This document shows, in pieces, positions 44,310 to 60,130 of a DNA stretch of 64,000 nucleotides. A program made the position numbers and the translations under genes. Numbering within the stretch: the first letter of the stretch is position 1; each line of letters begins with the position of its first letter. The notes beneath the pieces are model-generated. The model had not been told where the DNA came from and searched no databases. It saw nothing but the letters and a program-made list of their open reading frames with translations. The stretch lies in contig OZ024741.1 of NCBI GenBank assembly GCA_964016885.1, positions 222,456,001-222,520,000 of the forward strand, read 5' to 3'. The DNA is from Eledone cirrhosa. Taxonomy: Eukaryota.

Positions 44310-44622
44310 GCTTTTCCCTGCTTGCAAGGGTGGGACGGGAACTGATTCTGGCTTGATTTCTACAGCTGGATGCCCTTCCTAACACCAACCTCATTTACAG
44401 TGAGTGCTGGGTGCTTTTTTGCCGTGGCGCCTACACGTCCACTTTGCAGTGGAATGATAGGGACCCCAGTCCCTATCATCTCATTTCTACAGCTGAGTAA
44501 ACTGGAGCAATGTGAAATAAAGTGTCTTGCTCAAGGAAACAACACATCACCCGGTCTGAGAATTGAACTCACAACCTTTCGATTGCAAGGCCAATGCTCT
44601 AACCACTAAGCCATATGCCTCC

Positions 44623-44674
<52 letters not shown>

Positions 44675-44680
44675 GGAGGC

Positions 44681-44732
<52 letters not shown>

Positions 44733-45041
44733 GGAGGCATATGGCTTAGTGGTTAGAGCATTGGCCTTGCAATCGAAAGGTTGTGAGTTCAATTCTCAGA
44801 CCAGGTGATGTGTTGTTTCCTTGAGCAAGACACTTTATTTCACATTGCTCCAGTTTACTCAGCTGTAGAAATGAGATGATAGGGACTGGGTTCCCTATCA
44901 TTCCACTGCAAAGTGGACGTGTAGACGCCACGGCAAAAAGGCACCCACCACTCACTGTAAATGAGGTTGGTGTTAGGAAGGGCATCCAGCTGTAGAAATC
45001 AAGCCAGAATCAGTTCCCGTCCCACCCTTGCAAGCAGGGAA
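44310..45041. repeat. Large inverted duplication of an RTE 3' UTR fragment plus tRNA-SINE around a central (TA)n
   Basis: 44312-44630 is the reverse complement of 44725-45042; SINE head ggaggcatatggcttagtggttagagc..gagttcaattc (A and B boxes). Confidence 0.88.
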
Positions 45042-45079
45042 AAGTTATTCAAAGTTATATATATATATATATATATATA

Positions 45080-47410
<2,331 letters not shown>

Positions 47411-47418
47411 TATATATA

Positions 47419-47551
<133 letters not shown>

Positions 47552-47570
47552 ACATATATATATATATGTG

Positions 47571-47629
<59 letters not shown>

Positions 47630-47694
47630 CAGTTCCCGTCCCACCCTTGCAAGCAGGGAAAAGTGTACGTAAAATGATGATGATGATGATGATA

Positions 47695-49343
47695 TGATCA
47701 TCATCATCATCATCACCGTTTTACGTCCGTTCTTCCACGCTAGCATGGGTTAGACGGGTTGTCCTGTTGTGGGCAGTGTCTGGTCGGCTGACCATGCCTT
47801 GCTCATACAGGAACTGATCTGGCTTGATTTCTACAGCTGGATGCCCTTCCTAACACCAACCTCATTTACAGTGAGTGCTGGGTGCTTTTTCATGGCGCCT
47901 ACACGTCCACTTTACAGTGTGGGCTGGGTGCTTTTTTGCCGTGGCACCTCCACGACCACCTTGTTTATATGCTTCAGCATGTACCCATGGGAGGTCGGGT
48001 ACCCTGTATTACTGCGTGACGCCAGAAGTCACGGTCGTGTGTCATTCTCTTTGAGAGGTGTAGTTGGGTAAGGTCGGCTTTTATCACCTCATCCCAAGTC
48101 ATCTTGGGTCTCCCCACTCCGCGGTTTCCATCAACTTCTAGTGCTCTGCACCTTTTTATGCAGCTGTCATCCTTCATACGCATCACATGTCCATACCAGC
48201 GTAACCGCCTCTCCTGCACGCAGCATTTGATTCCTCTTATGCTCAGTCTCTCTCTCAATTCCTTTATGCTTTGTCGTTCACGTATATTACTGTTACACAT
48301 CCATCGGAGCATGCAGGCTTCGTTTCTCTCTAATCTACGTAAGTCTTCCACCTTCAGCGCCCAGGTCTCACTACCATGCAACATCGCTGTTCAGATACAC
48401 GCATCATACAGTCTGCCTTTCATTCTGAGGGAGAAGCCTTTTGCAGCTAGCAGTGGTAGTAGTTCCCTAAACTTCTTCCATCCCGTTCTTACCCTAGTTA
48501 TTGTACTTTCTGAGCACCCACCTCCGTTGCTAATTCGGTCACCTAGGTAGCAGAAGCTGTCTACTGTTTCTACAGGGCCCTCCCGGAGATTGGTGGTACT
48601 TGTTTCCTGTGGCTGTTTGCTTGCTGTTTCAGCACAGCTGCTGCATGTGAATCCTACATTCTTAATTAAGCTTCCTGCGATCCCGCTACATCTCTTGTGT
48701 ACCCATTGTTTGCATTTGGGGCAGAGAATGGAGTTCCTACCTACACCTTTCCTACATACTGAGCAAGGCCATTTCCCTGAGGGGATCTGGGTTCTGTTTT
48801 CTCGTCTACTTACAAGGACCTTAGTCTTTGTCATGTTGACTTTGAGGCCCTTTCTCTCTAGTCCCTGCTTCCAGGTTTGGAATTTATTCTCTAGTTCTAC
48901 CATAGATTCAGCTATGAGTGCGAGGTCATCAGCATACAGGAGTTCCCATGGGCATCCGGTCTTAAACTCCTCCATTATTGCCTGCAGGACTATGATGAAC
49001 AGGAGAGGGCTAAGAACAGAGCCCTGGTGGACCCCAACCTGTACGCTAAATTCCTCGCTATACTCATTGCTAATCCTAACTTTGCTGACTGCTCCCCTAT
49101 ACATGGCTTGTACCGCTTTCACAAGCCATTCATCTACTCCTAGTTTTCTAAGAGCCCACCAGATTACTGCACGTGGAACTCTGTCAAAGGCTTTCTCAAG
49201 GTCGACAAATGCCAAGTAGAGTGGCTTACTTTTAGCTAGGTACTTTTCCTGTAATTGCCTCACAAGGAAGAGGGCATCAGTGGTGCCTCTCCCTGGTACA
49301 AACCCAAATTGCATCTCGTCTATATTCACCCGGTCCCTAATCA
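47695..49343 (-). mobile_element. 5'-truncated RTE LINE
   Basis: [49 protein letters not shown]; (GAT)n tail. Confidence 0.93.
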
Positions 49344-49355
49344 TATATATATACA

Positions 49356-49509
<154 letters not shown>

Positions 49510-50158
49510 GTTCTTCTGTGCGCAGGGTACGGCATGACCAACTGGCCTGATCCTCTCCACAATGGTGCCACCCAGCTCCACACTGTAAACGTATAACATT
49601 TATGGGCATCAATAGATGTCTTACATATGTGTGTGTTTACACACGCATATATACATATATTTGAGATCCTGATGTTGAAATTTTAAACCTGAAATTCGCA
49701 CACACAGATACATATATGTGTGTGTGTATCGTGTCCATATGTATCACCATCCTCATCATCACTGTTTAATGTCTATGCTTGCAAGGGTTAGATAGGTCAT
49801 CTATGTCATGGGACAAGTCTGGCCAGCTGGCCATACTGTGCCTTGCTCAGATGGAATTGTATTTTAGCAGGGATTTTTACAGCTGGATGTCCTTCCTAAC
49901 ACCAACCACGTTTACAGTGTGGAGCTGGTCCTGTTATAAGACAACTCTGGCCTGCTGGCCATGCAGTACCTTGCACATATCACGACTGTGTATTAGCTGG
50001 GTTTTTACAGCTGCTGGATACCCTACCTAGCACCAACTATGTTTAGAGTGTGGAGCTGGGTGACACCATTATGAGGCAGGTCTGGCTAGTTGCTCATGTC
50101 GTACCCTGCTGACAGTGGAACTTTATATATATATATATATACACACACACACTCACAC

Positions 50159-52962
50159 ATCATCATCATCATCATCATCATCACTGTTTTATGTCCATTC
50201 TTCCATGCTAGCATGGGTTAGACAAGTTGTCTGTGGTGGGCAATGCCAGGTCAGGTATCATGTCTTGCTCATACAGAACTAATTTTCGCTTGATTTCTAC
50301 AGCTGGATACTCTTCCTAACACCAACCTCATTTACGATGAGACTGGGTTCTTTTTTACCACAATCACTCTACAGTGTGGACTGGGTGCTTTTTTGTCGTG
50401 ACACCTACACAACCACTTTACAGTGGGAGGGAGGTGAGGGCATACTGTCTATATGCTTCAGCTTCAGCTTGTACCAGTGGGAAGTTGGGTCTTCTGCATT
50501 ACTGCATAACACCAGAGGTCTCGGTCCTGTGTCATTGCCTTTGAGAGGTGCAATTGGGTAAAGTCGGCTTTTATCACCTCATCCCAGGTCTTCTTGGGTC
50601 TCCCCACTCCAAGGTTTCCATTGATTTTTAGCGCTCTGTGCCTTTTTATGTCCATACCAACGTAATCTCCTCTCCTGCACACAACATTTGATTCTACGTA
50701 TGCCTAGTCTCTCTTTCAATTTGTTTATGCTTTGCCGTTCGCGTATATTACTATTACACATCCATCAGAGCATACAAGCTTCATTTCTTTCTAATCTACA
50801 CAAGTCTTTTGTACACAGTGCCCAGGTCTCACTACCATGCAACATTGCTGTTCATATGCATGCTTCATACAGTCTGCCTTTCATTTTGAGGGAAAAGCCT
50901 TTTGCAGCTAGCAGTGGTAGTAGCTCCCTGAACTTTTCTATCCCATTCTTACCCTGTTTACTGTACTTTCAAAACACCCACCTCCACTGCTAATTAGGTC
51001 ACCTAGGTAGAAGAAGCTGTCTACTGTTTCTACCAAGCCCTCCCAGAATTTGGTAGTACTTGTTTCCTGTGGTTGTTTGCTGCTTACTGTCCCGGTGCAA
51101 CTGCTACATGTAAACCCTACATTTTTAGGTAAACTTCCAGAGATCCTACTACATCTCTTGTGTACCCATAGTTTGCATTTGGGGCAGCGGATGGAATTTC
51201 TATCTACACCTTTCAGGGAGCTACAAGAAGTTCAGGGAGCTACTGCCACTGCTAGCTGCAAAAGGCTTTTCCCTCAAAATAAAAGGCAGACTGTATGATG
51301 CATGTATACAAACAGCAATGTTACATGGTAGTGAGACCTGGGCGCTGACTGTGGAAGACTTGCGTAGATTAGAAAGAAACGATGCCTGCATGCTCTGATG
51401 GATGTGTAATAGTAACATACGCCAACGGCAAAGCATAAATGAATTGAGAGAGAGACTGAGCATAAGTGGAATCAAATTTTGTGTGCAGGAGAGGCGGTTG
51501 CATTGGTATGGACATGTGATGCGTATGAAGGATGACAGCTGCATAAAAAGGTGCAGAACACTAGAAGTCAGTGGAAACCATGGAGTGGGGAGATCCAAGA
51601 AGACCTGGGATGAGGTGATAAAAGCCGACCTTACCCAATTACACCTCTCAAAGGCGATGACACACGATCATGACCTCTGGCGACACGCAGTAATACAGAA
51701 GACCCGACCCCCCATGGGTACAAACCGAAGCTGAAGCATATAGACAATATGCCCCCACACACACCCACTGCAAAGTGGTCGTGGAGCTCCCATGGCAAGA
51801 AAGCACCCAGCCCACACTGTAAAGTGGACGTGTAGGTGCCACGGAAAAAAAGCACCCAGCATTCTCTGTAAATGAGGTTGGTGTTAGGAAGGGCATCCAG
51901 CTGTAGAAATCAAGCCAGAATCAGTTCTCGTATGAGCAAGACAAGGTCCGCCGACCGGACACTGCCCACAACAGGACAACCTGTCTAACCCATGCTAGCG
52001 TGGAAGAACGGACGTAAAACAGTGATGATGATGATGACCTTTCCTACAATCTGAGCAAGGCCATTTCCTCAGAGGGGATCTGGGTTCTGTTTTCTCTTCT
52101 ACTTACGAGGACCTTAGTCTTTGTCAGGTTGACTTTGAGACCCCTTCTTTCTAGTCTCTGCTTCCATGTTTGGAATTTCTTCTCTAGTCCCACCATAGAT
52201 TCAGCTATGAGCGTAAGATCATCTATGTACAGAAGTTCCCATGGACATCCGGTCTTAAACTCCTCTGTTATAGCCTACAATACTATAATAAACAGGAGAT
52301 TCTAAGAACAGAGCCCTGGTGAACACCAACCTGTATGCTGAATTCCTCGCTATAGTCACAGCTCCCCTATATATGGCTTGTACAGCCTTCACAAGCCATT
52401 CATCTACTCCTAGTTTTCTAAGAGCCCACCAGATTATAGCATGGGGCACTCTGTCAAAGGCTTTGTCCAGTTCGACAAATGCCAGGTAGAGCTGCTTACT
52501 TTTAGCTAGGTACTTTTCCTGTAACTGCCTCACAAGGAAGAGAGCATCAGTGGTGCTTTTTCCTGGCACAAACCCAAACTGCATCTCATCTAGATTTACC
52601 CAGTCCCTAATCACCTGTGCTATAACTCTTTCCATTACTTTGATGACCTGGTCCATCAGCTTTATACCTTTATAGTTGCTGCTGCGCCAATCATTTGGTA
52701 TGATGCTCTCTAGTATTACTTGGTTAACAGTACATGTGGTTATGGTGTGACTTACCGACCCAGATGCTTTCAGCATCTCAGCAGCTGCAACCGATGGACG
52801 GGTTGCTTTCTGAGTCTTCATATCCTTAATTGCCTTACTTACTACACTGCTGTCGGGCCCCCCTATAGGGTCCACTTGGGGTAGAGTCTCTTTCTCCCAT
52901 GCATTCTCTTCATTCAGTAATCTTTCACAATGGCTCTTCCACACAGCTTTCTTCTCGGCATT
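50159..52962 (-). mobile_element. Degraded RTE LINE interrupted by an antisense copy
   Basis: Coding homology is continuous across 51214/52037; ORF 52255-52960 has RT motifs. Confidence 0.88.
51215..52036 (+). mobile_element. Nested 5'-truncated RTE copy
   Basis: RRLHWYGHVMR; (GAT)n tail; flanked by acctttc at 51208-51214 and 52037-52043 (possible TSD). Confidence 0.85.
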
Positions 52963-53007
<45 letters not shown>

Positions 53008-53044
53008 GTCTATACATATATGTGTATATGTATAATCTACATAT

Positions 53045-54680
53045 AGCACCAAAAGTTAGACATGTTGGAACCAAGGTGCCAAAGTAACTTAATGTATCCA
53101 ATTTCAAGTCTCCTTGTATTCTCCAGAACATTCTGGAGGAAAACATGACAACTGAATCTCAATGACCCTTGGAATGATTTTAAAAATCAAGAAGATCTAA
53201 TGACTGGATCACAGATAACAATCCTGCTATATATCATCTACTCAAGCAAAAGTAGGCCTTGAGTTAAAAGCTTCTGCCACAATCAATCCATCCAAATTCT
53301 AATCCATTTCGTAAGAAACTTAAGAGTAAGGTTCAGAATGTTCTGAGGAGCTCTAAGGAACAATTGTGGCATGAAAAAGTCAAATAGATGTAGGAAGCAG
53401 CAGATTGTAGAGATTTCAAAGCACTTCTTATTTGTAAAAGACATTTGTGGTCCACAGTCATCTTGAATCGCACCTGTCAGATCTGCTGATAGTCAAACTC
53501 TCTTTACCGATGTTGTAGCCATTCAAAATCACTGGATGGAACACTCCTCTGAGCTTCTCAATCAACCTGTCTGTCATTGAGTCTCTTGAAAATCTCCCCA
53601 TGATTGGTGATATGGCATTAGAACCATCTAGGAATGACATTGAGTTAGCTGTTAAAAAGTTGAACAATAATAAAACTCCTGGAATGGAGAAACCAACTCA
53701 GGGCATCTTGTACACATGCATGAATCATCATGATCATCATGATCATCACCGTTTTACGTCGATGTCTCCACGCTAGTATGGGTTAGACGGGTTGTCTTGT
53801 TATGGGCGATAGCAGGTCAGGGGACCGTGTCTTGCTCATAAAGGACTGATTTTGGCTTGGTTTTTACAGCTGGATGCCCTTGCTAACACCAACCTCATTT
53901 ATAGTGAGTACTAGGTGCTTTTTTACCGTTGCGCCTACATGACCACTTTACAGTGTGGACTGGGTGCTTTTTGTCGTAACACCTACATGACTACTTTACC
54001 GCAGGAGGGGCATGGAGGCATATTGTCTATATGCTTCAGCTTCAGCTTGTATCTATGGGAAGTCGGGTCTTCTGTATTACTGTGTAATGCCAGAGGTCTC
54101 GGTCCTGTGTCATCACCTTTGAGAATGTACTCCAAAATGGTTGTTCTATGGTGAACTTGTTCAGGGGAAACGAAAGCAGTGCAAACCCAGGAAAAGGTTC
54201 AAGGATGCGCAGCAGGAAAGTTTGAAAAATATCAGAGTTGATGCAAAAATTGAAGTTTTGGCAGCAGATCATAATAATTGGTGTTCAAAAGAATGAGATG
54301 GTATGAAAAGCTTCAAGGAAAACAGAATAGACCATGCCAATCTAAAACATAAAATCAAGAAAAATAAGAACATGAGCCTGGTGCTAAGGTTTCATCCTGT
54401 GAAACATGTGTCAAAATATGTCTATCTCTTGACGGTCTTAAATCCTACACCTGAGTACACAATAATCAGTCTCAGTTTGACTATAGCAGCTACTTGCCAG
54501 TACACAATCAATGCCACATCTGCCACAAAATCTGTAATCCACAGAGAGGTTTAAAGAGACGTGTTAAAGTATGTTAAGTGCAGGCACCACAGTCTTTGCC
54601 AAAACTATCTGTATTTTATGTGGTTGAATTTTGCTTCCATACCTGGTCTAAAATGCCACATAAGACACCATGCTGGAAAT
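53045..54680 (+). mobile_element. Old RTE/BovB-like LINE remnants, interrupted by a minus-strand RTE 3' end (53724-54125)
   Basis: AVKKLNNNKTPG at ~53650; YGEL..GKR..KPRKRFKD at ~54145-54205; CHICHKIC zinc-finger-like remnant near 54512. Confidence 0.65.
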
Positions 54681-54982
54681 GATCTTCATGTGCATTGAGC
54701 GGTCAAGCTCTGTATTGAGCAGACAACCAACATATATACATATACATATATATATGTGTATATAACCCAGAATGGCCTCAGCAAATCGGTTGGAACACGT
54801 GAAAGAATGCATATATATATATATATTAGTATTGGTGCTCTGAAATAGCGATGTATATATGAATGTATGTATAACCGAGAATAAATAACTGACATAGTCA
54901 CTACTTTAAAATTCATAGCGAATGGTCTTCAAAATGTTTTGAATTAAACATGCAGTATATTATCAAATATACTATATATACA

Positions 54983-55048
<66 letters not shown>

Positions 55049-56044
55049 CATATATATATATACTTATACACATACATATACACATATGTACATGCATACA
55101 CACATATACACATATATATAAATGTGTGTGTATTGTGTTTGTATGAGTGTGTCCATAGTAATATGTATTTGCATATTTATGAGTGCGTATGTGTATAAAA
55201 TAAAGTTTATTAGATTAAGTTTTGACAGCTTTTCAGATAGTACATTTAATATATTTTTACTGTTATTTTTATTTCAAAGTGCAAAGCAGTGCAGTGTAGT
55301 AACATTTTACTAGCCTTCCAGAAAGATGTATTACTTGTGTAGTTGTTGTTATTGATGATAATGATGATATTGCATTGAAGAGAGGGTGTGAGAAGGTCAA
55401 GGGCATAACCCCTTTCTCCAGGCCACATGTTTCAGGGACCAATTCCACAGCATGGCACATTGGACAAGTATCTTCTACTATAGCCTCAGGTTGTTCAGTG
55501 CCTTGTGAATGAAATTTGGTCTCACAGAAACTGCAAAAGCACCTTGCATACATAGATAAATATCTATGTATGATTGTATAAGTTTAAAAGATATATGGAG
55601 AGGAGAAAAGGTATATATCGCTTGAGAAAGACATAGCATTTTGTACACATATATAGAGTGAACAACATGTAGAAAAACTTACATAATCTAAGATGATAAA
55701 AACTCTATAGTTTAATTAACTTAGGGTATGTATGTTTTCCTACACGTAATTTGCCCTATCTCCTTATAATATATAACCAGCAATTTCTCTGTCTGTCTGT
55801 CCGACAGTGGAAACACGTGCGCACGTGGTTGCTATCTCTCTCTCTCTCTCTCCAGCTATCCCTCTCTTTTAGTCTGTCTGTTTCTCTCACTCTCACTCTT
55901 TCTCTTTGTAACACACTAACATTCCTCCCCTCTATCGCTGTGACGAATGGGGAGATGGAGGAGGAGGAGGAGGAGAGAGTCACTTCGTCACTTCACCTCT
56001 GCCTTTCTTTCTCTCCCCTCTCACTCCCTCATTACGTACAGACA

Positions 56045-56225
56045 TTAGGGCTGTAGAGAGTCGGACACCATGCTTCATAGCATGGAGTTACGTCCCTTTA
56101 CGGTCTGAGTTCAAATACCGCCGAGGTTAACTTTGCCTTTCATCCTCACGGGGTCGATAACATAAAGTACCAGTAATGTACTGGGTAATTGCTGGCCTTG
56201 TGCCAAAAGTAGAAACAATTATTAG
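56045..56225 (+). mobile_element. tRNA-derived SINE
   Basis: ctgagttcaaataccgccgaggttaactttgcctttcatcct.. same family as 7735. Confidence 0.85.
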
Positions 56226-56341
56226 AAACATTGCTTCATTTTTACATATCTAAGCATTAGTAAAATAACTAATAATTTCAAAAGTAATTTTTCAATTCCA
56301 ATTGTTATGAACAGCAAAACATTAATAATAATTTTGTTCTA

Positions 56342-56733
56342 AGAAATATATATACATTTCTGTGTGTGTAATATATATATACACACAGAAATATATATAC
56401 ATTTCTGTGTGTGTAATATATATATATACACACACACAGAAATATATATATATACACACAGAAATATATATATATACACACAGAAATATATATACATTTC
56501 TGTGTGTGTAATATATATATATACACACACACAGAAATATATATACATTTCTGTGTGTGTAATATATATATATTACACACACAGAAATATATATACATTT
56601 CTGTGTGTGTAATATATATATATATATACACACACAGAAATATATATATATACACACAGAAATATATATACATTTCTGTGTGTGTAATATATATATATAT
56701 ACACACAGAAATATATATACATTTCTGTGAGTG

Positions 56734-56792
<59 letters not shown>

Positions 56793-56836
56793 GAAATATA
56801 TATATACATTTCTGTGTGTGTAATATATATATACAC
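56342..56836. repeat. Compound palindromic minisatellite
   Basis: Repeated acacagaaat(at)n acatttctgtgtgtgtaat(at)n. Confidence 0.92.
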
Positions 56837-57394
56837 TAGAACTGTTTCATTCTTGAGAAATCACCAGGAATATATATATAATATATAATATATATATATA
56901 TGTTAGTAAATACGAAGAAATATTTATACTATTCCCCACACATATAATATATATGTTATGTCGTCGACCACTGATTCCAACAACCAGAGTTCTAGGCCAG
57001 CACGTGACACCTGCGTTCCCAGCCATGGCACGCGCGACCTTGGAGTAGTTACCATGGAGATCTAGCCAGACACAGCCGAGTTCTTTGAATTTACAGACGA
57101 CAACTTTAAGACTGGCTTTTGGTGTTTTAACCAACTCACTGGGGCTGAGCATATAATATATATATATATGTGTGTGTGTTATATGTGTGTGTATGCGTGT
57201 GTGTGTGTGTTATATGTGTGTGTATGCGTGTGTGTGTGTATTATATGTGTGTGTTATATGTGTGTGTGTATGTGTGTGTGTATGTGTGTGCGTGTGTGTG
57301 TTATATGTGTGTGTGTGTTATATGTGTGTGTGTGTGCGTGTGTTTTATATATGGGTGTGTTATATGTGTGTGTGTGTATATATATAATATATAT

Positions 57395-57429
<35 letters not shown>

Positions 57430-57885
57430 CATATATGTATATTATGTGTGTCTCTCTCTATATATATACATATATATAGGTTTAAGTGTGTATGTGCGTG
57501 TGTATGTGTGTGTTAGCGTGTGTACATATGTGCGTATGTATGAGTGTGTGTATGGTATGTGTGTGTTAGCATATGTGTCTGTATGCGTGTGTGTCTGTCT
57601 GTGCGTGTGTCTGTGTGTATCTGTATAAGTGTTTGTGTGTGTGTACAGGAATTCATAAGTTCCCTAAAATATGTCTGTATGCTTAATTTTTCTTAAAAAT
57701 TATAAACTGGTTCTTCCTGTCAGAGATAATAATCTGATTTGAGAATAATGCATCTCAAAATATGAACATGGGTGTATATATATATGTATGTGCGTGTGTG
57801 TCTGTGTTTGTGTTTGTGTGTTTGTGTGTGTGTTAAATATATATCGACTAGCAGAAAACCACCCACCGGATGGTTTTCTGCTAGT

Positions 57886-59509
57886 CTCTATATATATAAA
57901 ACGGAAGATGTCTGTCTGTGTGTGTGTATGATTTTTATACATTTCCACATTTCTCTACCGATTTTGATGATTTTTTTCCCAATGTGCTCCAAATTTACCA
58001 AGGATGGTCAATGCGTAATAAACTATGCCAAAAATGTCCTGCTTCTATGAAAAAAATGGATAAAACTAAATACATGCTGCAACTCTCTTTAATACAAGCT
58101 TAATCCCTCTCTCTACTACTCTCAACAATCTATGAAACTACATACATGTTGCAACTCTCTTTAAAAGGTTCATCCCTCCCTCTACTCCCCTCTCAATCTC
58201 CTCTACAACTCTCTTTAAAAGGTTCATCCCTCCCCCTATTCCCCTCTCAATATCCTCTGCAACTCTCTTTAAAAGGTTAATGCCTCCCTCTACTACCCTA
58301 TCACCATTACAGTTTAGAATAGTGACAAAACTTCGTTCAGCAACGCGACATAAACTTTGAAAACTAAGCAACACATCAATTTATACAACAACAAACATAG
58401 CTTTACTCTCTCCGTCGCTCTTCCCTCTCTCTATAATAGATCATTCCCCCTCTCTATAATTTAACTGCTTTACTCTCTTCATGCTTTGAGGTTTAACACA
58501 CCTCCCTATAGTTTTTTAGCTTTACTCTCTCCGTCGCTCTTCCCTCTCTCTATAATAGATCATTCCCACTCTCTATAATTTAACTGCTTTACTCTCTCTG
58601 TCGCTCTTCACCCTCTATATAACAACACTGTTTTACACACCTCCCTATAGTTTCTTAGCTTTACTCTCTCCGTCACTCTTCCCTCTCTCTATAATAGATT
58701 ATTCCCCCTCTCTATAATTTAACTGATGGGGAGTCATTGGAGTTTCGTATTGACATACGGCTTTTCTGGGGCATTTTAAATCGGTTTATTGCAAATAACA
58801 ACCCGCAAAATAACACTTCATATAACAGATTAATGCTATAGACATATGAATCGGAATGTTTAAATTATTTATTTTTTACGATTTTAATTGGTTAAATATT
58901 AATATGACAACACCCATAGTGTTGTACTTCTGGCAATTCTGCCGAATACACTGTCAAGGATGAACCTTTTCCCCTCGGCGTCAGATATCCCGTTCGATTT
59001 CCGGCGATCCCAATTCCTGGTGAGACTATGTTTTGCCATATCCATTAACAAGTCACAAGGTGGCGGGCATCCATTTGGGGGAGCCATGCTTCTCCCATGG
59101 CCAACTTTATGTTGCCTGTTCCCGCGTAGGGAGCAGGAATGAACATTTTGCTTACACTCCTCAATGGATGACACGCAATATCGTCTACAAAGAGGTGCTA
59201 TAGATGTTGGTGCAGGTTTTGGAGGTGTTGGAGCTATGCCGTCTGGAAAACTATTTCCTGGTAGGGTCACCCAACCCAGCGGCATCAGGGCCACCATCTT
59301 GCAACTTTGGTCTGCTAAATTCGCTATTTGAAGATTATTAACCCATCATTGATTGTCCAAAATGCTAATTGGTTCATAACTTTTAATAACCGGTTCAACT
59401 GCTTTATGCACTTAATTGATAAGCTTATATGCTTTCAAGCCATGTTTACCTGTATGTATCTTTTCTTAGCAAATGAACAAACCCGAGCAACGCCGGGCTA
59501 AACTGCTAG
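57886..59509 (+). mobile_element. Non-autonomous Helitron with internal minisatellites
   Basis: 5' TC-tatatatataaa..tgtctgtctg; 3' hairpin cccgagcaacgccggg then CTAG|T; tandem ~55-bp repeats at 58078-58300 and larger repeats at 58398-58725. Confidence 0.7.
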
Positions 59510-60041
59510 TATATCTATATATAAATTTGAGCAACTTCTGTCCATCACACAATGTGTGAGTATGTGTGTATGTGTGTTTGTGTAAAAGGAAAGAAGCAGA
59601 TCGTGAAAAAACTATAGTAAAACAGTGGCTGGTGTTTCATTTGCTATGCTGTGTGTGAGTGTATGTGTATGTGTGTGTTTGTGAAAACATATGTGCGTAT
59701 GTTTGTATGAATGTATGTCTGTGAGTATGTATTTTTGTAAGTGTGTCTGTGTTTGCGCATTTATATTTATATACTCATACATATAAATGTATGCATATGC
59801 ACATACACACATGCACACACATATACACATACACATCAGTGTGTTGAAAAAAATTCTAGTGTTTACAAAATGCTATGTGTTTCTTAAGCGATATAAGCCC
59901 TTTTTTCTCCCCAAATATCTTTCAAACTTATATAATTGATACTCTGAACTATTGAGAAATATGGTCATCATACATTTAATATGTATCGATATCTTAACAC
60001 AGTATATATGTATATATTTACTGTTTTATATATATATATAA

Positions 60042-60126
<85 letters not shown>

Positions 60127-60130
<4 letters not shown>

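Noticed and set aside
44733-44803. tRNA gene
   Set aside because: It is a SINE head: A and B boxes continue into the SINE body and the cloverleaf is imperfect.
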